A stretch of 64,000 bases of DNA from Nitrospirales bacterium (GTDB lineage: Bacteria; Nitrospirota; Nitrospiria; Nitrospirales; UBA8639), in the NCBI GenBank assembly GCA_965223295.1, contig CBDCWC010000002.1, forward strand, positions 1,504,001 through 1,568,000. Reading direction: 5' to 3'. The notes under the pieces are model-generated. The model did not search any database. It worked only from the letters and a program-made list of their open reading frames with translations, and had not been told where the DNA came from. How positions within the stretch are numbered: the stretch's first letter is position 1; each line of letters begins with the position of its first letter. This document shows, in pieces, positions 1-10,036 of the stretch. The position numbers and the translations under genes are program-made.

Positions 1-116
1 GGGACTTCTACCACTGTTCCCTGCTGTCCCTGAAGCCATTGATACACCATGTACGTGGTCACTAACGCAATCCCAATGGCCAGCCCTAAAAATACGAGTG
101 GACGTTTATTCCCCAT
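1..116 (-). CDS. cpaB: Flp pilus assembly protein CpaB/RcpC, N-terminal part (runs off window start)
   Basis: Manual translation MGNKRPLVFLGLAIGIALVTTYMVYQWLQGQQG...; GGAGG RBS just upstream; lies directly downstream of cpaA in tad operon order. Confidence 0.7.
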   Translation of the reverse strand, partial: MGNKRPLVFLGLAIGIALVTTYMVYQWLQGQQGTVVEV

Positions 117-355
117 GCTGTTCCTCCCTACTCATTTCCATTCGACGGTGCATTAGACCGGGTCGCTTTCCTGAAACATCATCGGCTCAGAGCCAGTGTT
201 CGCGTCTTCACCAATAAAATGTTCAAGTTCGTAGATAAATCATCAGTTAATTCCAAGATATCGGATATATCGGATATTCGTTTCCATTCTTAAGGGTAGA
301 AGCATCTTTTTTGGTAAATGATCCTTTTGGCAGAAAGGGCAACCCTTAAACACCT

Positions 356-904
356 TCACCACACCTCATACCACGTCAAGACCTGTGTCATGACTGTTCC
401 CAGACCAATCACTAAGGCATAGCGCAACTTTGGTTCACCCTCAGTTGGCTTCTCGAGAACGGGAACCTTGCGTGTCACCCTCCAGGTTGTCAGAAGAGTC
501 ATACAGCGATCCCATGCCTGACGAAATCCAAAAAGATTCCCGATCATGAAAAAACTATAGCCCCCCCCTAAAATGGTCGTAATCGCAAAGACATAGACCA
601 CCTGTTCAGGGCCTATAATCGCTCCAATCCCTCCAAGAAATTTCACATCTCCCGCACCCATTCCTCCCTTAATATAAAAGAACAAGAGACACATGATGCC
701 TACAGCTAGCCCTAACACGCTGCCGCTTAGTCCATCCCACCCTCGATTGATCGTATGAAGGATGAACCCCACAAGGACTAATGACCCTGTTAACCAATTC
801 GGGATTCGACTACTACGGAAATCATAGATCCCCGCAATCACCAAGGACGAAAACAGGCAAAATAAGAGAATATGAGAAATCACCGACGGATTTTGAACAT
901 CCAC
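356..904 (-). CDS. cpaA: Prepilin peptidase, A24 family (CpaA/TadV)
   Basis: YDFRSSRIPN and GMGAGDVK aspartate motifs; multiple TM segments; tad context. Confidence 0.92.
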   Translation of the reverse strand: MDVQNPSVISHILLFCLFSSLVIAGIYDFRSSRIPNWLTGSLVLVGFILHTINRGWDGLSGSVLGLAVGIMCLLFFYIKGGMGAGDVKFLGGIGAIIGPEQVVYVFAITTILGGGYSFFMIGNLFGFRQAWDRCMTLLTTWRVTRKVPVLEKPTEGEPKLRYALVIGLGTVMTQVLTWYEVW

Positions 905-1215
905 TGCATACTCCTCTGTATGAAAAAGATTCGTACCTTTCCCGGAACCATGAGGCCTTTCTCGTTTTCATACTCATAAAAGACCTCCCCTACCAGTCTT
1001 CTCAACTTTTTTCGGAGGGAAAATTCTATTCTGAAGGGATAAGACACAGAATCCGCATCTTAGCCAGGCAAAGAGGCCTATGATGACGACACAAATGACC
1101 AAAGAACACTTCAACAAGCAATGGTCACAATGACGAAACCAATACTGAGTGAAGAGGAAGGGAAGGGATGCCGGAGAAAGATTACGGCAAAAAGATGAAA
1201 AGGGAGATCATATAC

Positions 1216-1251
1216 TCAAGGGCAAGTTGCCGAAGCAAAACTTGCCCTTGA
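1216..1251 (-). terminator. Hairpin downstream of tadG (terminator or mRNA stabiliser)
   Basis: 13-bp inverted repeat TCAAGGGCAAGTT/AACTTGCCCTTGA; no strong immediate U tract. Confidence 0.5.
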
Positions 1252-1276
1252 CCTAGAATTATTATATTCGATTGAT

Positions 1277-2470
1277 CTATAGCACCAGTTTCGGCACCGT
1301 TGAGGGAGGAGCACCTGGAGCCCCACCACCATTAGGATCCGGGGGAGCTTCTTCAAACACAAAGCACTCAAGACGGGCTTGGATCTCCTTAGTATTCCCT
1401 TGTACTATGACACTTGTGATCGTGGCTGTAGCATAACCCACAATGACTTGGGCTCCATTTGGATCACAGTTCGACCCGTTGGATTGATAGATCGGAATGG
1501 TCACATGCCATTCCCCATTGGGATCATTTGCCGCCTCTTGCTCAAAGAGGTCTTGGATAGCATTAAACGTTGGCGTCGTCACGCCGTTTGTAAAATTAAA
1601 GGTCGTCTGATGGGGAATAATTGGCGGACTGGTGTAATTCCCGTCCGCTATACAATTAATCACTTTGGTCAGCATTGCGGTATTCGCACCACCATTACCA
1701 GTACCGGCAGTTCCTCCATCATTACAATTTTGAGGATTATTCCCTTGTCCCGATACTTCATCAAATTGATGCCATCCCGCACACACATCTTCTCCAGAAG
1801 GATGCATGGTGAACTGAACACTAGAATTTACACAATCCTGACCGTTAAACCAGGTGTCCGAAATACCAAATGGCGCTGCTTCACCAGGCGGCAAATTCGT
1901 ACCACCTGGCAATAAGGCTGCCGTCGCCGTCGCTGAAACACCGATATCCGTATTACCCCAAATCCCTGCAAAAAATGTCGCAATGGACCCATTCGCCTGC
2001 CCATCGCGTCGAGCGGTGACCTGAACGGCTGTCGGCCGAGCCAAATTTGGCGTAAAGGTACGTGTTGCGGAATCCCAGACGCCAAATTTTACATCTTCTG
2101 CATTGCCGGCAGCCGCATCGATACTAATACCCGTTAAATTCCCTGCTGTCGCAAGTGCAGCAATGCCCACAGCCGCGTCCAAGCTCCGCTGTTGTTCGTC
2201 AGTTGTGAGCGTGCGCATAAAATTTTGTTGGTCCGCCGTCTCCATGGCCAGATACGTTTTGCCTAACTCTCGTCCGGCAGTTAACGCCGAGGCATCCGCA
2301 ATATTCTGCAACTCATTTTTGGTCACTAAGGCATAGCCCAAATCAATGACCATGGCACTCAACCCGACAGCCACAGCCGTCCAAAGAGCCATTTTAATGG
2401 CCACAACGCCTTGTTCATTTTGAAGACATGATTGCTTCCTCATAACTCTCACTCCTTCTATTGTAACCAA
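1277..2470 (-). CDS. tadG: TadG-like pilus assembly/pseudopilin protein (start may be ATG at 2443)
   Basis: NEQGVVAI pilin-like N-terminus; IDLGYALVTKNELQNIADASALTAG Tad motif; C-terminal KLV. Confidence 0.85.
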   Translation of the reverse strand: MVTIEGVRVMRKQSCLQNEQGVVAIKMALWTAVAVGLSAMVIDLGYALVTKNELQNIADASALTAGRELGKTYLAMETADQQNFMRTLTTDEQQRSLDAAVGIAALATAGNLTGISIDAAAGNAEDVKFGVWDSATRTFTPNLARPTAVQVTARRDGQANGSIATFFAGIWGNTDIGVSATATAALLPGGTNLPPGEAAPFGISDTWFNGQDCVNSSVQFTMHPSGEDVCAGWHQFDEVSGQGNNPQNCNDGGTAGTGNGGANTAMLTKVINCIADGNYTSPPIIPHQTTFNFTNGVTTPTFNAIQDLFEQEAANDPNGEWHVTIPIYQSNGSNCDPNGAQVIVGYATATITSVIVQGNTKEIQARLECFVFEEAPPDPNGGGAPGAPPSTVPKLVL

Positions 2471-2541
2471 AGGATCTCCTCAAGCTAATCAATCTGAAAT
2501 ATTCAAGGATAACGAGCAACTACTCAACTGCAATACAACTA

Positions 2542-3006
2542 CTATTCTTGCCGCATGACAGCACTAGCCGTTAACTGACTCTTATTTAGACCGCCGGCCG
2601 ACACCAATCCTCCAATCACCAAATAATTCCAGGGCAGTGTCGCAGACACATTGATAGCCGTGACCGGTGGCGGTCCTGGCGCCACTTGCGTGGGATTAAG
2701 TTGCACATCGAGTCCCGTAGAATCGACCCCGCCGGCCACCAAATATTCGTCAACGATCGTTTGAATATCACCCTGGCCGTTCGTATTTTGAAACAATGTC
2801 GCCTGACGCGCACCCTCCCGAACGGCATTAGTAAGTACTTCTTGCGACCAGAGCATGCGTCCAAAATCGACCATGCCAAACATCAACAGTGACAGGGGCA
2901 ATAACACCATCGCAAATTCGACCGCGGAGGATCCTCGTTGATTAGTGAGTACACGGCACTGAGATTTTGTTGATTGTCCCTCTGACAAATATTGAAGAAA
3001 ATTCAT
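2542..3006 (-). CDS. tadE: TadE-like pseudopilin
   Basis: QRGSSAVEFAMV...LTNAVREGAR TadE signature. Confidence 0.9.
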   Translation of the reverse strand: MNFLQYLSEGQSTKSQCRVLTNQRGSSAVEFAMVLLPLSLLMFGMVDFGRMLWSQEVLTNAVREGARQATLFQNTNGQGDIQTIVDEYLVAGGVDSTGLDVQLNPTQVAPGPPPVTAINVSATLPWNYLVIGGLVSAGGLNKSQLTASAVMRQE

Positions 3007-3187
3007 AGCCTTCTGTTTCCATTCTAGAATTTAGAATTTGGTCGTTACCTTAAGACACCCTAATGGAATTTCCTGCAAGCCATAATCTATTGTCAAATGA
3101 AATCTTTCTATAGAGGCGCAAAGCTCTTGGGCGGATGATGGGCCTTCGATAACCTCTTGTGTGTTCTTGCGAAAAATACAATGCCAA

Positions 3188-3385
3188 TCAAGGGTCGGGG
3201 TATGTACTTTCAATCAAGGTGTACATTTTGGTGATAGCAGATCCGAGCGAAGAGGTCGAACCAACCACCACCACCCCTATCAAGGCTGCCAGCAACGCAT
3301 ATTCAATAGCGGTCGCTCCTTCATCATCTAAAAGGAAACTTTGCACCAGCCCGCACTCTCTCTCTTGTATTTGGCAGGACCTCAT
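3188..3385 (-). CDS. flp: Flp family type IVb pilin (second copy)
   Basis: DDEGATAIEYALLAALI Flp motif. Confidence 0.9.
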   Translation of the reverse strand: MRSCQIQERECGLVQSFLLDDEGATAIEYALLAALIGVVVVGSTSSLGSAITKMYTLIESTYPDP

Positions 3386-3412
3386 AGTTTACATACTCTC
3401 CTTTACCCATTA

Positions 3413-3446
3413 GGTGCCTAACCGGCAGACAACCTGGTTAGGCACC
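3413..3446 (-). other. Intergenic hairpin between the two flp genes
   Basis: 11-bp perfect inverted repeat GGTGCCTAACC/GGTTAGGCACC; no U tract on the coding strand. Confidence 0.6.
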
Positions 3447-3489
3447 CAAATAGGTCAACTAGGATTTAACCTACTGTTTCCGTATCCTC

Positions 3490-3654
3490 TTACGGAATTT
3501 TGGATTCAATCGTGGAGAAGGTGCCATCGAGTTTTTGACCCAAGGCTGTTACAGACACGATGATGACAGCACCAATCAAAGCCGCCAACAGTCCATACTC
3601 CAAAGCAGTTGCTCCTTCTTCATCATTGATGAACCGCATTACTTGATTAACCAT
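3490..3654 (-). CDS. flp: Flp family type IVb pilin (first, probably major; 54 aa, absent from ORF track)
   Basis: Manual translation MVNQVMRFINDEEGATALEYGLLAALIGAVIIVSVTALGQKLDGTFSTIESKIP*; AAGGAGA RBS. Confidence 0.93.
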   Translation of the reverse strand: MVNQVMRFINDEEGATALEYGLLAALIGAVIIVSVTALGQKLDGTFSTIESKIP

Positions 3655-3741
3655 AGCGAATCTCCTTAACGGGCGAAAAGGTGAATGTTCGCTATGCCAG
3701 AGTGCCCGAATCGTCCTGACATAGACGTTGCCTCTAACTAC

Positions 3742-3826
3742 TCCTTTGGCAACCCGGCTATCAGAGACCAGCTCCGACCCGTGGCTTTGCGCCCACGCTT
3801 TACAGCATGTTCGCCTTTATCGGGAA
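3742..3826 (-). ncRNA. c-di-GMP-I (GEMM) riboswitch
   Basis: Minus strand reads AAAGGCGAACATGCT-GTAA-AGCGTGGGCGCAAAGCCACGGGTC...GATAGCCGGGTTGCCAAAGG, matching the GEMM P2 (GNRA loop), GCAAAGC junction and P3 GGGTTGCC; located in the flp 5' leader. Confidence 0.85.
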
Positions 3827-4362
3827 GAGGCACCCGATCGAATCCATACAATGCCGTGATTTTCATATGTTCATGAAGCCAATGTAGCCGTCCCTCAGAT
3901 TTTCGCCTTTGCCTTCGTGATGATTGGCAGCCGAGAGCGCTCACTTGAGTCCAACTCGCTCTTCCATCATGTTGAAAGCCATACGATTGGGGTCTTGTCT
4001 ATTCATCGTAAAAATTTTCTTTAATGGTTGATGATTCATAGGTTATTCGATCATTTCTCATCCGTCAGGATGCCTCATTATCGTCACGACTCAGAAAACC
4101 TTGACAGAAAATATCCTCAAAAAAAATTCTCTTTTATCGTAAGCTTCTTCAACTTTACGCATTTTCCAATATTGCCCACTAAGGATCAGAATTCTCACCT
4201 GTTCAATGATCTCCAAACGATTATTTTTTACTTCGGAGGAACCAGCGATTCCACATTTTTTCGCGAAATACATGTTCGCTACATACACAACCCATCTCTG
4301 TTTCTTCCACCTGTCCATCTGAAAATCCTACGGTCGAAAGCCTCAATATGCTCCACTAACTA

Positions 4363-4506
4363 GGCATCTCCAAACCCATGGGCACCTAATTTTTTCTGAG
4401 GGCAAGGAAGCGGCGCGCGGAAACCCGCATGTATTGGCCAATACATGAGGATTTGAGCACGCCGCTGACGCCGCCATAGGGAAAAAGAACAGTTTGTAGA
4501 GATGCC
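4363..4506. mobile_element. MITE-like element
   Basis: Imperfect terminal inverted repeats GGCATCTCCAAAC / GTTTGTAGAGATGCC; central palindrome CATGTATTGGCCAATACATG; no ORF. Confidence 0.6.
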
Positions 4507-4760
4507 CTCATATCACATTGTCAAGTCTGGAGAGAGAAACTAGGCAGTGTTTTCCGGCCACAGAACCTAAAGAAGGAGGATTTTGCCCAATAGGGTCTTT
4601 CTCTCGTCGTATCCGTCCAGCATGTACCTATGTTCTTCTCTGATGAACCTTCTCTCACTACTGGCATATAGGTTGCTCTCATGTATGAGGTTTTCCTGCT
4701 GCAAGTGAAACCAGTATATGTGCCCAAGTAATCATTGAAATATCAGGAAAAGCTAGAGAC

Positions 4761-7103
4761 ATGCGAGAAAACGGAATGTCTGCGAACCCCACAAACAATC
4801 ATGGCACTGATTCGGCTACAGCTGTCCTCAATAGCTCAGAGCTGGATACACCGCCTATCCGCGCCATAAACCATTCGGAGCCCCCCTCGAATGACGGTTT
4901 CGTGTTGCCTCTTTTTGTGACCACTATTTTTCTCAGCTCCTTACTGGTTTTCTCTGTCCAACCCCTCTTTGCCAAAATGGTTCTTCCCTTACTTGGAGGG
5001 TCTCCTGGAGTCTGGAATACGGCTATGCTTTTCTTTCAAATAGTGTTGCTGGCCGGGTACGTGTATGCGCATCTGACAACGCGCCTACTTGGCGTTAAAG
5101 GGCAAGCAGGGCTTCATGTCTGCGTGATGGTTTGCGTCTTGATCTTTTTGCCAATTGAGGTCGCAGAAGGCTGGTCTCCTCCTGTGGAGGAAGCTCCTGT
5201 CTTTTGGTTAATTGGGTTATTTGCCGTCTCTGTTGGCCTCCCCTTCTTTGCTGTTGCCACGAATGCTCCTCTACTACAGCGCTGGTTTTCTCATACAGGT
5301 CATAGTGCTGCTGCAGATCCATACTTTCTGTATGGGGCCAGTAATCTGGGAAGCATCCTGGCTCTTTTGAGCTACCCGCTCGTTGTTGAACCTCTATTCA
5401 CAAGTCAGGAACAAAGTCTTGCCTGGAGAGGGATATATGTAGTCTTAGTTGGCCTGATTACCCTTTCCGCTTTGACAGTATGGCGGCGCTATGAGCCAAA
5501 ATTAGCTTCAGCAATGACTCCCTTAGTAGATACCTCAGCCTTGGTATCTACACCGACCCTCTCACAGCGCTTGCATTGGTTAGTCCTGGCCTTTGTCCCG
5601 TCAAGTCTATTGTTGGGCGTAACGATGCACATCACAACTGATGTCGCTGCCGTCCCGCTTCTCTGGGTTCTGCCATTGACGTTGTATTTGTTAACTTTTG
5701 TGATTGTCTTTGCGCGCCGCCCATGGCTTCCTCATACCTGGATGGTGTTAGCCCAACCTTTTCTTTTGATTCCTATTGGCATACAGCGGTTTGGTGGCAT
5801 TCTCTTAAACATTCTTTTACCGATGATCGTCTTCTTCGTGACCACGATGGTATGTCATGGAGAATTAGCTAAACGCCGGCCCAGTGCAAATCATCTCACG
5901 GAGTTTTATTTATGGATGTCTTTGGGAGGCATGTTGGGAGGAGTGTTTAATGTACTGGTTGCCCCTCTTGTCTTTAGTTCCGTCTTAGAATATCCCCTCA
6001 TGCTAGTCTTGGCCTGTTTTCTCCGTCCCGTCCAAGCACACACAACGCGAGTTTTCATAGCTGGCGACCTGATCTGGCCCGCTGCGCTTCTTACTCTTCT
6101 TGGAATCCCCATTTGGCTGGGCGCCACATCTACTCTTTGGGGAGGTGCGGGACTCGTCGCTTTTTGCGTGGTCTTAGGTCTCGGAACATACAGTTTTCGA
6201 CACCGCCCAATACGATTTGGCTTAGGGGTCGCAGTTATCCTGCTCTTGACGACATTGTTGGGGACACAGGACCAAGTGATCTTAAAACGAGAGCGAAGTT
6301 TTTTCGGAGTGAATACGGTACAACGAACTGACAAGGGCGACTTCAATCTCTTGGTTCACGGGAGGATCATTCATGGTGCCCAACACACCGATCCCACACG
6401 CTGGCGTGAGCCTTTAACCTACTACCACCGAAAAGGTCCGCTTGGTCAATTGTTTACCCTTTTTCAACAACAAGAGACCTCTCTTCAGCATATTGGAGCT
6501 ATTGGCTTAGGCGCCGGCACGGCATCATGTTATCAACAACCAGATCAACATTGGACTTTTCATGAAATTGACCCAACGGTTAGTCGGCTTGCTCGGGATA
6601 CACGTTACTTTCACTATCTCTCGGAATGTGGAACCAATACAAACATTGTTTATGGTGACGCACGCCTTTCTCTAATAGCTGTACCCGATCACCACTATGA
6701 TTTGCTCATCATTGATGCGTTTAGCTCAGATGCAATTCCCCTCCATCTAATTACTCGTGAGGCTCTCGCACTCTATTTACAAAAAGTTGCTCGACAAGGG
6801 ATCTTAATTTTTCACATTTCGAATAGCAATCTTGAACTTAGCGGCGTGATGGGAAATTTAGCAGCAGATGCTGAACTCATTAGCTGGATACAGCGCTACC
6901 GCGTAAACAATACAGCCAAACAATCTCAATTCGAGATGCCTTCTGATTGGGTAGTCATGACACGACCTGCTGCAAAAATGAACTTCCTCGACGGAGATTC
7001 TCGCTGGACCCGATTAGGATCTAATCCTCAAACACGAGTCTGGACAGACGATTATTCCAATATTCTGGGAGTCCTCAAGTTGGGATCCCCCACAACCCCT
7101 TAA
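4761..7103 (+). CDS. Fused multi-TM / spermidine-synthase-like SAM-dependent transferase
   Basis: Many TM helices, then IGLGAG SAM-binding loop, EIDP, GDAR and IIDAFSSDAIP motifs. Confidence 0.85.
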   Translation: MRENGMSANPTNNHGTDSATAVLNSSELDTPPIRAINHSEPPSNDGFVLPLFVTTIFLSSLLVFSVQPLFAKMVLPLLGGSPGVWNTAMLFFQIVLLAGYVYAHLTTRLLGVKGQAGLHVCVMVCVLIFLPIEVAEGWSPPVEEAPVFWLIGLFAVSVGLPFFAVATNAPLLQRWFSHTGHSAAADPYFLYGASNLGSILALLSYPLVVEPLFTSQEQSLAWRGIYVVLVGLITLSALTVWRRYEPKLASAMTPLVDTSALVSTPTLSQRLHWLVLAFVPSSLLLGVTMHITTDVAAVPLLWVLPLTLYLLTFVIVFARRPWLPHTWMVLAQPFLLIPIGIQRFGGILLNILLPMIVFFVTTMVCHGELAKRRPSANHLTEFYLWMSLGGMLGGVFNVLVAPLVFSSVLEYPLMLVLACFLRPVQAHTTRVFIAGDLIWPAALLTLLGIPIWLGATSTLWGGAGLVAFCVVLGLGTYSFRHRPIRFGLGVAVILLLTTLLGTQDQVILKRERSFFGVNTVQRTDKGDFNLLVHGRIIHGAQHTDPTRWREPLTYYHRKGPLGQLFTLFQQQETSLQHIGAIGLGAGTASCYQQPDQHWTFHEIDPTVSRLARDTRYFHYLSECGTNTNIVYGDARLSLIAVPDHHYDLLIIDAFSSDAIPLHLITREALALYLQKVARQGILIFHISNSNLELSGVMGNLAADAELISWIQRYRVNNTAKQSQFEMPSDWVVMTRPAAKMNFLDGDSRWTRLGSNPQTRVWTDDYSNILGVLKLGSPTTP

Positions 7104-7207
7104 ACTTACTCAACTCTGACGTTTACCGTGTGGGATTCCTCCTTAAGAAGTAGTTAATTTAGACCGAAATACCCCATAGTAGAGTAAGAAAACATCGTCA
7201 CATTTGT

Positions 7208-8443
7208 TTGAGGGAACCGAGCCCAATATTGATGACGTTATTGAGAAATTGTGGAGGGAAGAGCAAGCATATCATGCTAACAGAAACAATTGAACCTCAT
7301 ACCATCCCTATAGTCCGAGAAGACAAGACACAGAAAAAAGAAAAATACTTATTTCATCCGATCGTCGATTTCCTTTGTCTGGGAGGAGGATCGCTTGTCC
7401 TTTTTGTTGTATTAGCTCTTTTTGCTCCTCTCGAAACTATTGGCCCCCAAGTTTCAGCATTGGCCTTAGCTCTTGCTACGTTTATAAATTTTCCTCATTT
7501 TATCCATTCCTACCAAATTTTCTATCAAAATTACTGGCAGAAGGCATTTCAAACAAATGGACCTATGAAATTACGAATTCGATATATTTTATCGGGAATC
7601 GTTGTTCCCTTTGCATTGGCATTCTTTTTCGGAACCAGTGTCCTGATGAATGATCCTCATGTGCTGGGGTTTGCTGGTAACATTATGCTGTTTTTTGTTG
7701 GATGGCACTACGTCAAACAAGGTTACGGTATGATCATCGTCGACTCTGTTTTAAAAGGACGTTTTTTTTCCACTTTTGAAAAAAATACGCTGCTAGTCAA
7801 TGCCTATGTCTGCTGGGCATTCTTCTGGCTCCTGACAAACTGGACGATCGCTGAAGAGAACTTTTTTGGTTTGAGTTATGCCATGCTGACGATCCCCACC
7901 TGGAGTATGTATGCAGGTGGCGTACTGACAGCATGTTCGACCGGAATGGTGATCTACGTCCTAGCAAACAAACGAATTCGGGATGGAATTAAATTGCCAT
8001 TTAATGGCACCGTTGCGTATTTTACAGCCTTGTATGTATGGCTAGCTCTCAGACTTGATCCTTTTTTCCTCGCTCTTATACCAGTCAGCCATTCTTTACA
8101 ATATCTTATTGTCGTCTGGCGCTATCAATTAAATAAGACCTCTCATTCGTCGATGGCCTTTGCCGCAACTGAAGAGAACAGCCTTCATCACAACCCGCCG
8201 ACTCAATATATTTGGAAATTTTCCGGGTTTGTCGTATCAGGAATCGTTCTTGGCTACCTTTCTTTTTGGACCATACCTCAGTTACTCGATTCTTCCATTC
8301 CCTATAACCACGCGGTTTTTGGGGAAACCATGTTTCTGTTCATTTTTTGGATATTTATTAATCTTCATCACTACTTTATTGATAACGTCATCTGGAGACG
8401 AGAAAATCCCGACACTAAACGCTTTTTGTTTGGTGCTTCCTAG
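7208..8443 (+). CDS. Integral membrane protein with four His motifs (start probably ATG at 7274)
   Basis: Hydrophobic; NFPHFIHSY, GWHYVKQ, SHSLQY and NLHHYFID motifs. Confidence 0.75.
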   Translation: MREPSPILMTLLRNCGGKSKHIMLTETIEPHTIPIVREDKTQKKEKYLFHPIVDFLCLGGGSLVLFVVLALFAPLETIGPQVSALALALATFINFPHFIHSYQIFYQNYWQKAFQTNGPMKLRIRYILSGIVVPFALAFFFGTSVLMNDPHVLGFAGNIMLFFVGWHYVKQGYGMIIVDSVLKGRFFSTFEKNTLLVNAYVCWAFFWLLTNWTIAEENFFGLSYAMLTIPTWSMYAGGVLTACSTGMVIYVLANKRIRDGIKLPFNGTVAYFTALYVWLALRLDPFFLALIPVSHSLQYLIVVWRYQLNKTSHSSMAFAATEENSLHHNPPTQYIWKFSGFVVSGIVLGYLSFWTIPQLLDSSIPYNHAVFGETMFLFIFWIFINLHHYFIDNVIWRRENPDTKRFLFGAS

Positions 8444-8554
8444 ACAATCACTCCTCTACGTTTTTCAAGTTCCCGATATTATTATAAAGATCTCAGGAAT
8501 TCCGTTTATCGGAATACCACCCATCACAGACATCTAGCTGGAAATATTTGCAAT

Positions 8555-10027
8555 CTAAGAAGGGTTTTGGAGAGACGTGTTAACTTCTTGAAGCCGTCCG
8601 TGGGCCTTGATGGCGGCTGGACTTTGAGGATAGGTGCGAACAAGTTGTTGGAAAACTGAGCGGGCAATGGAAGATTGTTGGAGTTCGAGATGCGAATACC
8701 CAATTTTGAGAAGCGAGGCTGGAACTTTGTTGCTGGATGGATAAAAGGCAAATACACGTTCAAATTCGTCAATCGCTTCTTCAAAACGGCGCTGCCCATA
8801 GTAACATTCGCCCAACCAATACTGACTATTGGCAGCTAGAGGCGAATCAGGAAATGTACGAAGAAAGGCAGAAAATTTCTTGGCCGCCTGGCGATAATTT
8901 CTTACTCGTAACAAATTAAACGCCTCATGATAGGCCTCTTGTGCATCTTGTGTCAGTTCCTGAACCGGTGCGGTTAGGGAGTCCCCTCCAGACGGGGGCA
9001 CGATTGAACCTGAAGCCGGCGCATAGACCAGAGCAGATCCGGGGGTCACTCTCTTGGAAGAAGAACTCTCTTGAGTTGGAAACGGCTGGCTGGTATCAGA
9101 AGAAGAACGGGTATCTTGAGAGAATGCTAACCGGCTAGTCTCTTGGGACTGCGATGCCCGAAAATTCGCTGAGGTTGCCGGAATTGGCGAAGTATGTTTT
9201 GCCCGAGTTTTCTGAGAAGTCTGCGATCTCTCCTGCTCATATGCATCCAATCGTGTGCTAAAGGTCTCACTAATTTGTTCCAACGTGCCAATAACCGATT
9301 GAACATGTTGACGGACATTTTTCACATCTGCTTGAACTTGTTGATGCTGTGTGGCTTGTTGCTGACCTAATCCATTCACTTGCTGCTGCAACGCCAACAC
9401 TTGCCGTTCTTGCTGGGCCACACTTTTTCTAAGCGCCGTTAAGACCTCCTGATAGTCAACCAATGAGGTGCGAAACTCCCCAAGCTTTCCACCCTGTTCT
9501 GTCCGAAGCTGCTCTTCCGCACCTAATTTATCGCGTAATTGATGGACGAGAGGCTCTAGCGTTTCGTGAGACTGTTGAACGTCGGCTTGAATCGTTTGCA
9601 TCTCCGTGTCGAACTTGACTAATTTTTGTTCTAGTTCTCCGACCTGATGTTGATTCCGTTCAATCTCCCCACGAACTTGTGATAAATCCGTATCTTTCAA
9701 CGTTGCGACTTGATCCATCACTTCTGCACGAGCATGAAGGAGTTCTTTGATTTCTGTTCGCTGTTTCGCAATGAGTGTATTGGCTTTATCCAAAGCCGCA
9801 TTCGCATCAATCACGGCCTGTTGAAGCGATATCTTGCTTTTGTCGAGTTGACTAATTTTGGCATCTAATTCCCGCTTAATACGTACGACATCCGCCTGTT
9901 GCGCCACACACCCACCCAACATAGCGGCTATGCTCAAAATCAATACTCTACTGCTCCAACGCCTTACGACACTCCAAACTTTGCCCATCAGGAGTTCTCC
10001 ATCCTTTGTCATTAAACCATGCTCCAC
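8555..10027 (-). CDS. cpoB: Long CpoB/YbgF-like lipoprotein (coiled coil plus C-terminal TPR)
   Basis: Lipobox LGGC; long coiled coil; TPR with FPDSPLAANSQYWLGECYY and SNKVPASLLKIG; follows pal. Confidence 0.8.
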   Translation of the reverse strand: MEHGLMTKDGELLMGKVWSVVRRWSSRVLILSIAAMLGGCVAQQADVVRIKRELDAKISQLDKSKISLQQAVIDANAALDKANTLIAKQRTEIKELLHARAEVMDQVATLKDTDLSQVRGEIERNQHQVGELEQKLVKFDTEMQTIQADVQQSHETLEPLVHQLRDKLGAEEQLRTEQGGKLGEFRTSLVDYQEVLTALRKSVAQQERQVLALQQQVNGLGQQQATQHQQVQADVKNVRQHVQSVIGTLEQISETFSTRLDAYEQERSQTSQKTRAKHTSPIPATSANFRASQSQETSRLAFSQDTRSSSDTSQPFPTQESSSSKRVTPGSALVYAPASGSIVPPSGGDSLTAPVQELTQDAQEAYHEAFNLLRVRNYRQAAKKFSAFLRTFPDSPLAANSQYWLGECYYGQRRFEEAIDEFERVFAFYPSSNKVPASLLKIGYSHLELQQSSIARSVFQQLVRTYPQSPAAIKAHGRLQEVNTSLQNPS

Positions 10028-10036
10028 GACTTGTCC

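Noticed and set aside
258-281. Short GATATCGGATAT tandem between cpaA and cpaB
   Set aside because: Only two to three short units with no supporting context
1379-1915. Long antisense ORFs over tadG and other genes (e.g. 23800-24351)
   Set aside because: Shadow frames of well-supported genes
3880-3935. Second tandem c-di-GMP aptamer (GGCAAAGGCGAAAATCTGAGGGACG on minus strand)
   Set aside because: P2 pairing is poor and there is no GCAAAGC junction or P3
4028-4363. ORFs 4028-4363 (+) and 4091-4318 (-)
   Set aside because: No recognisable motifs or RBS; AT-rich promoter-like DNA
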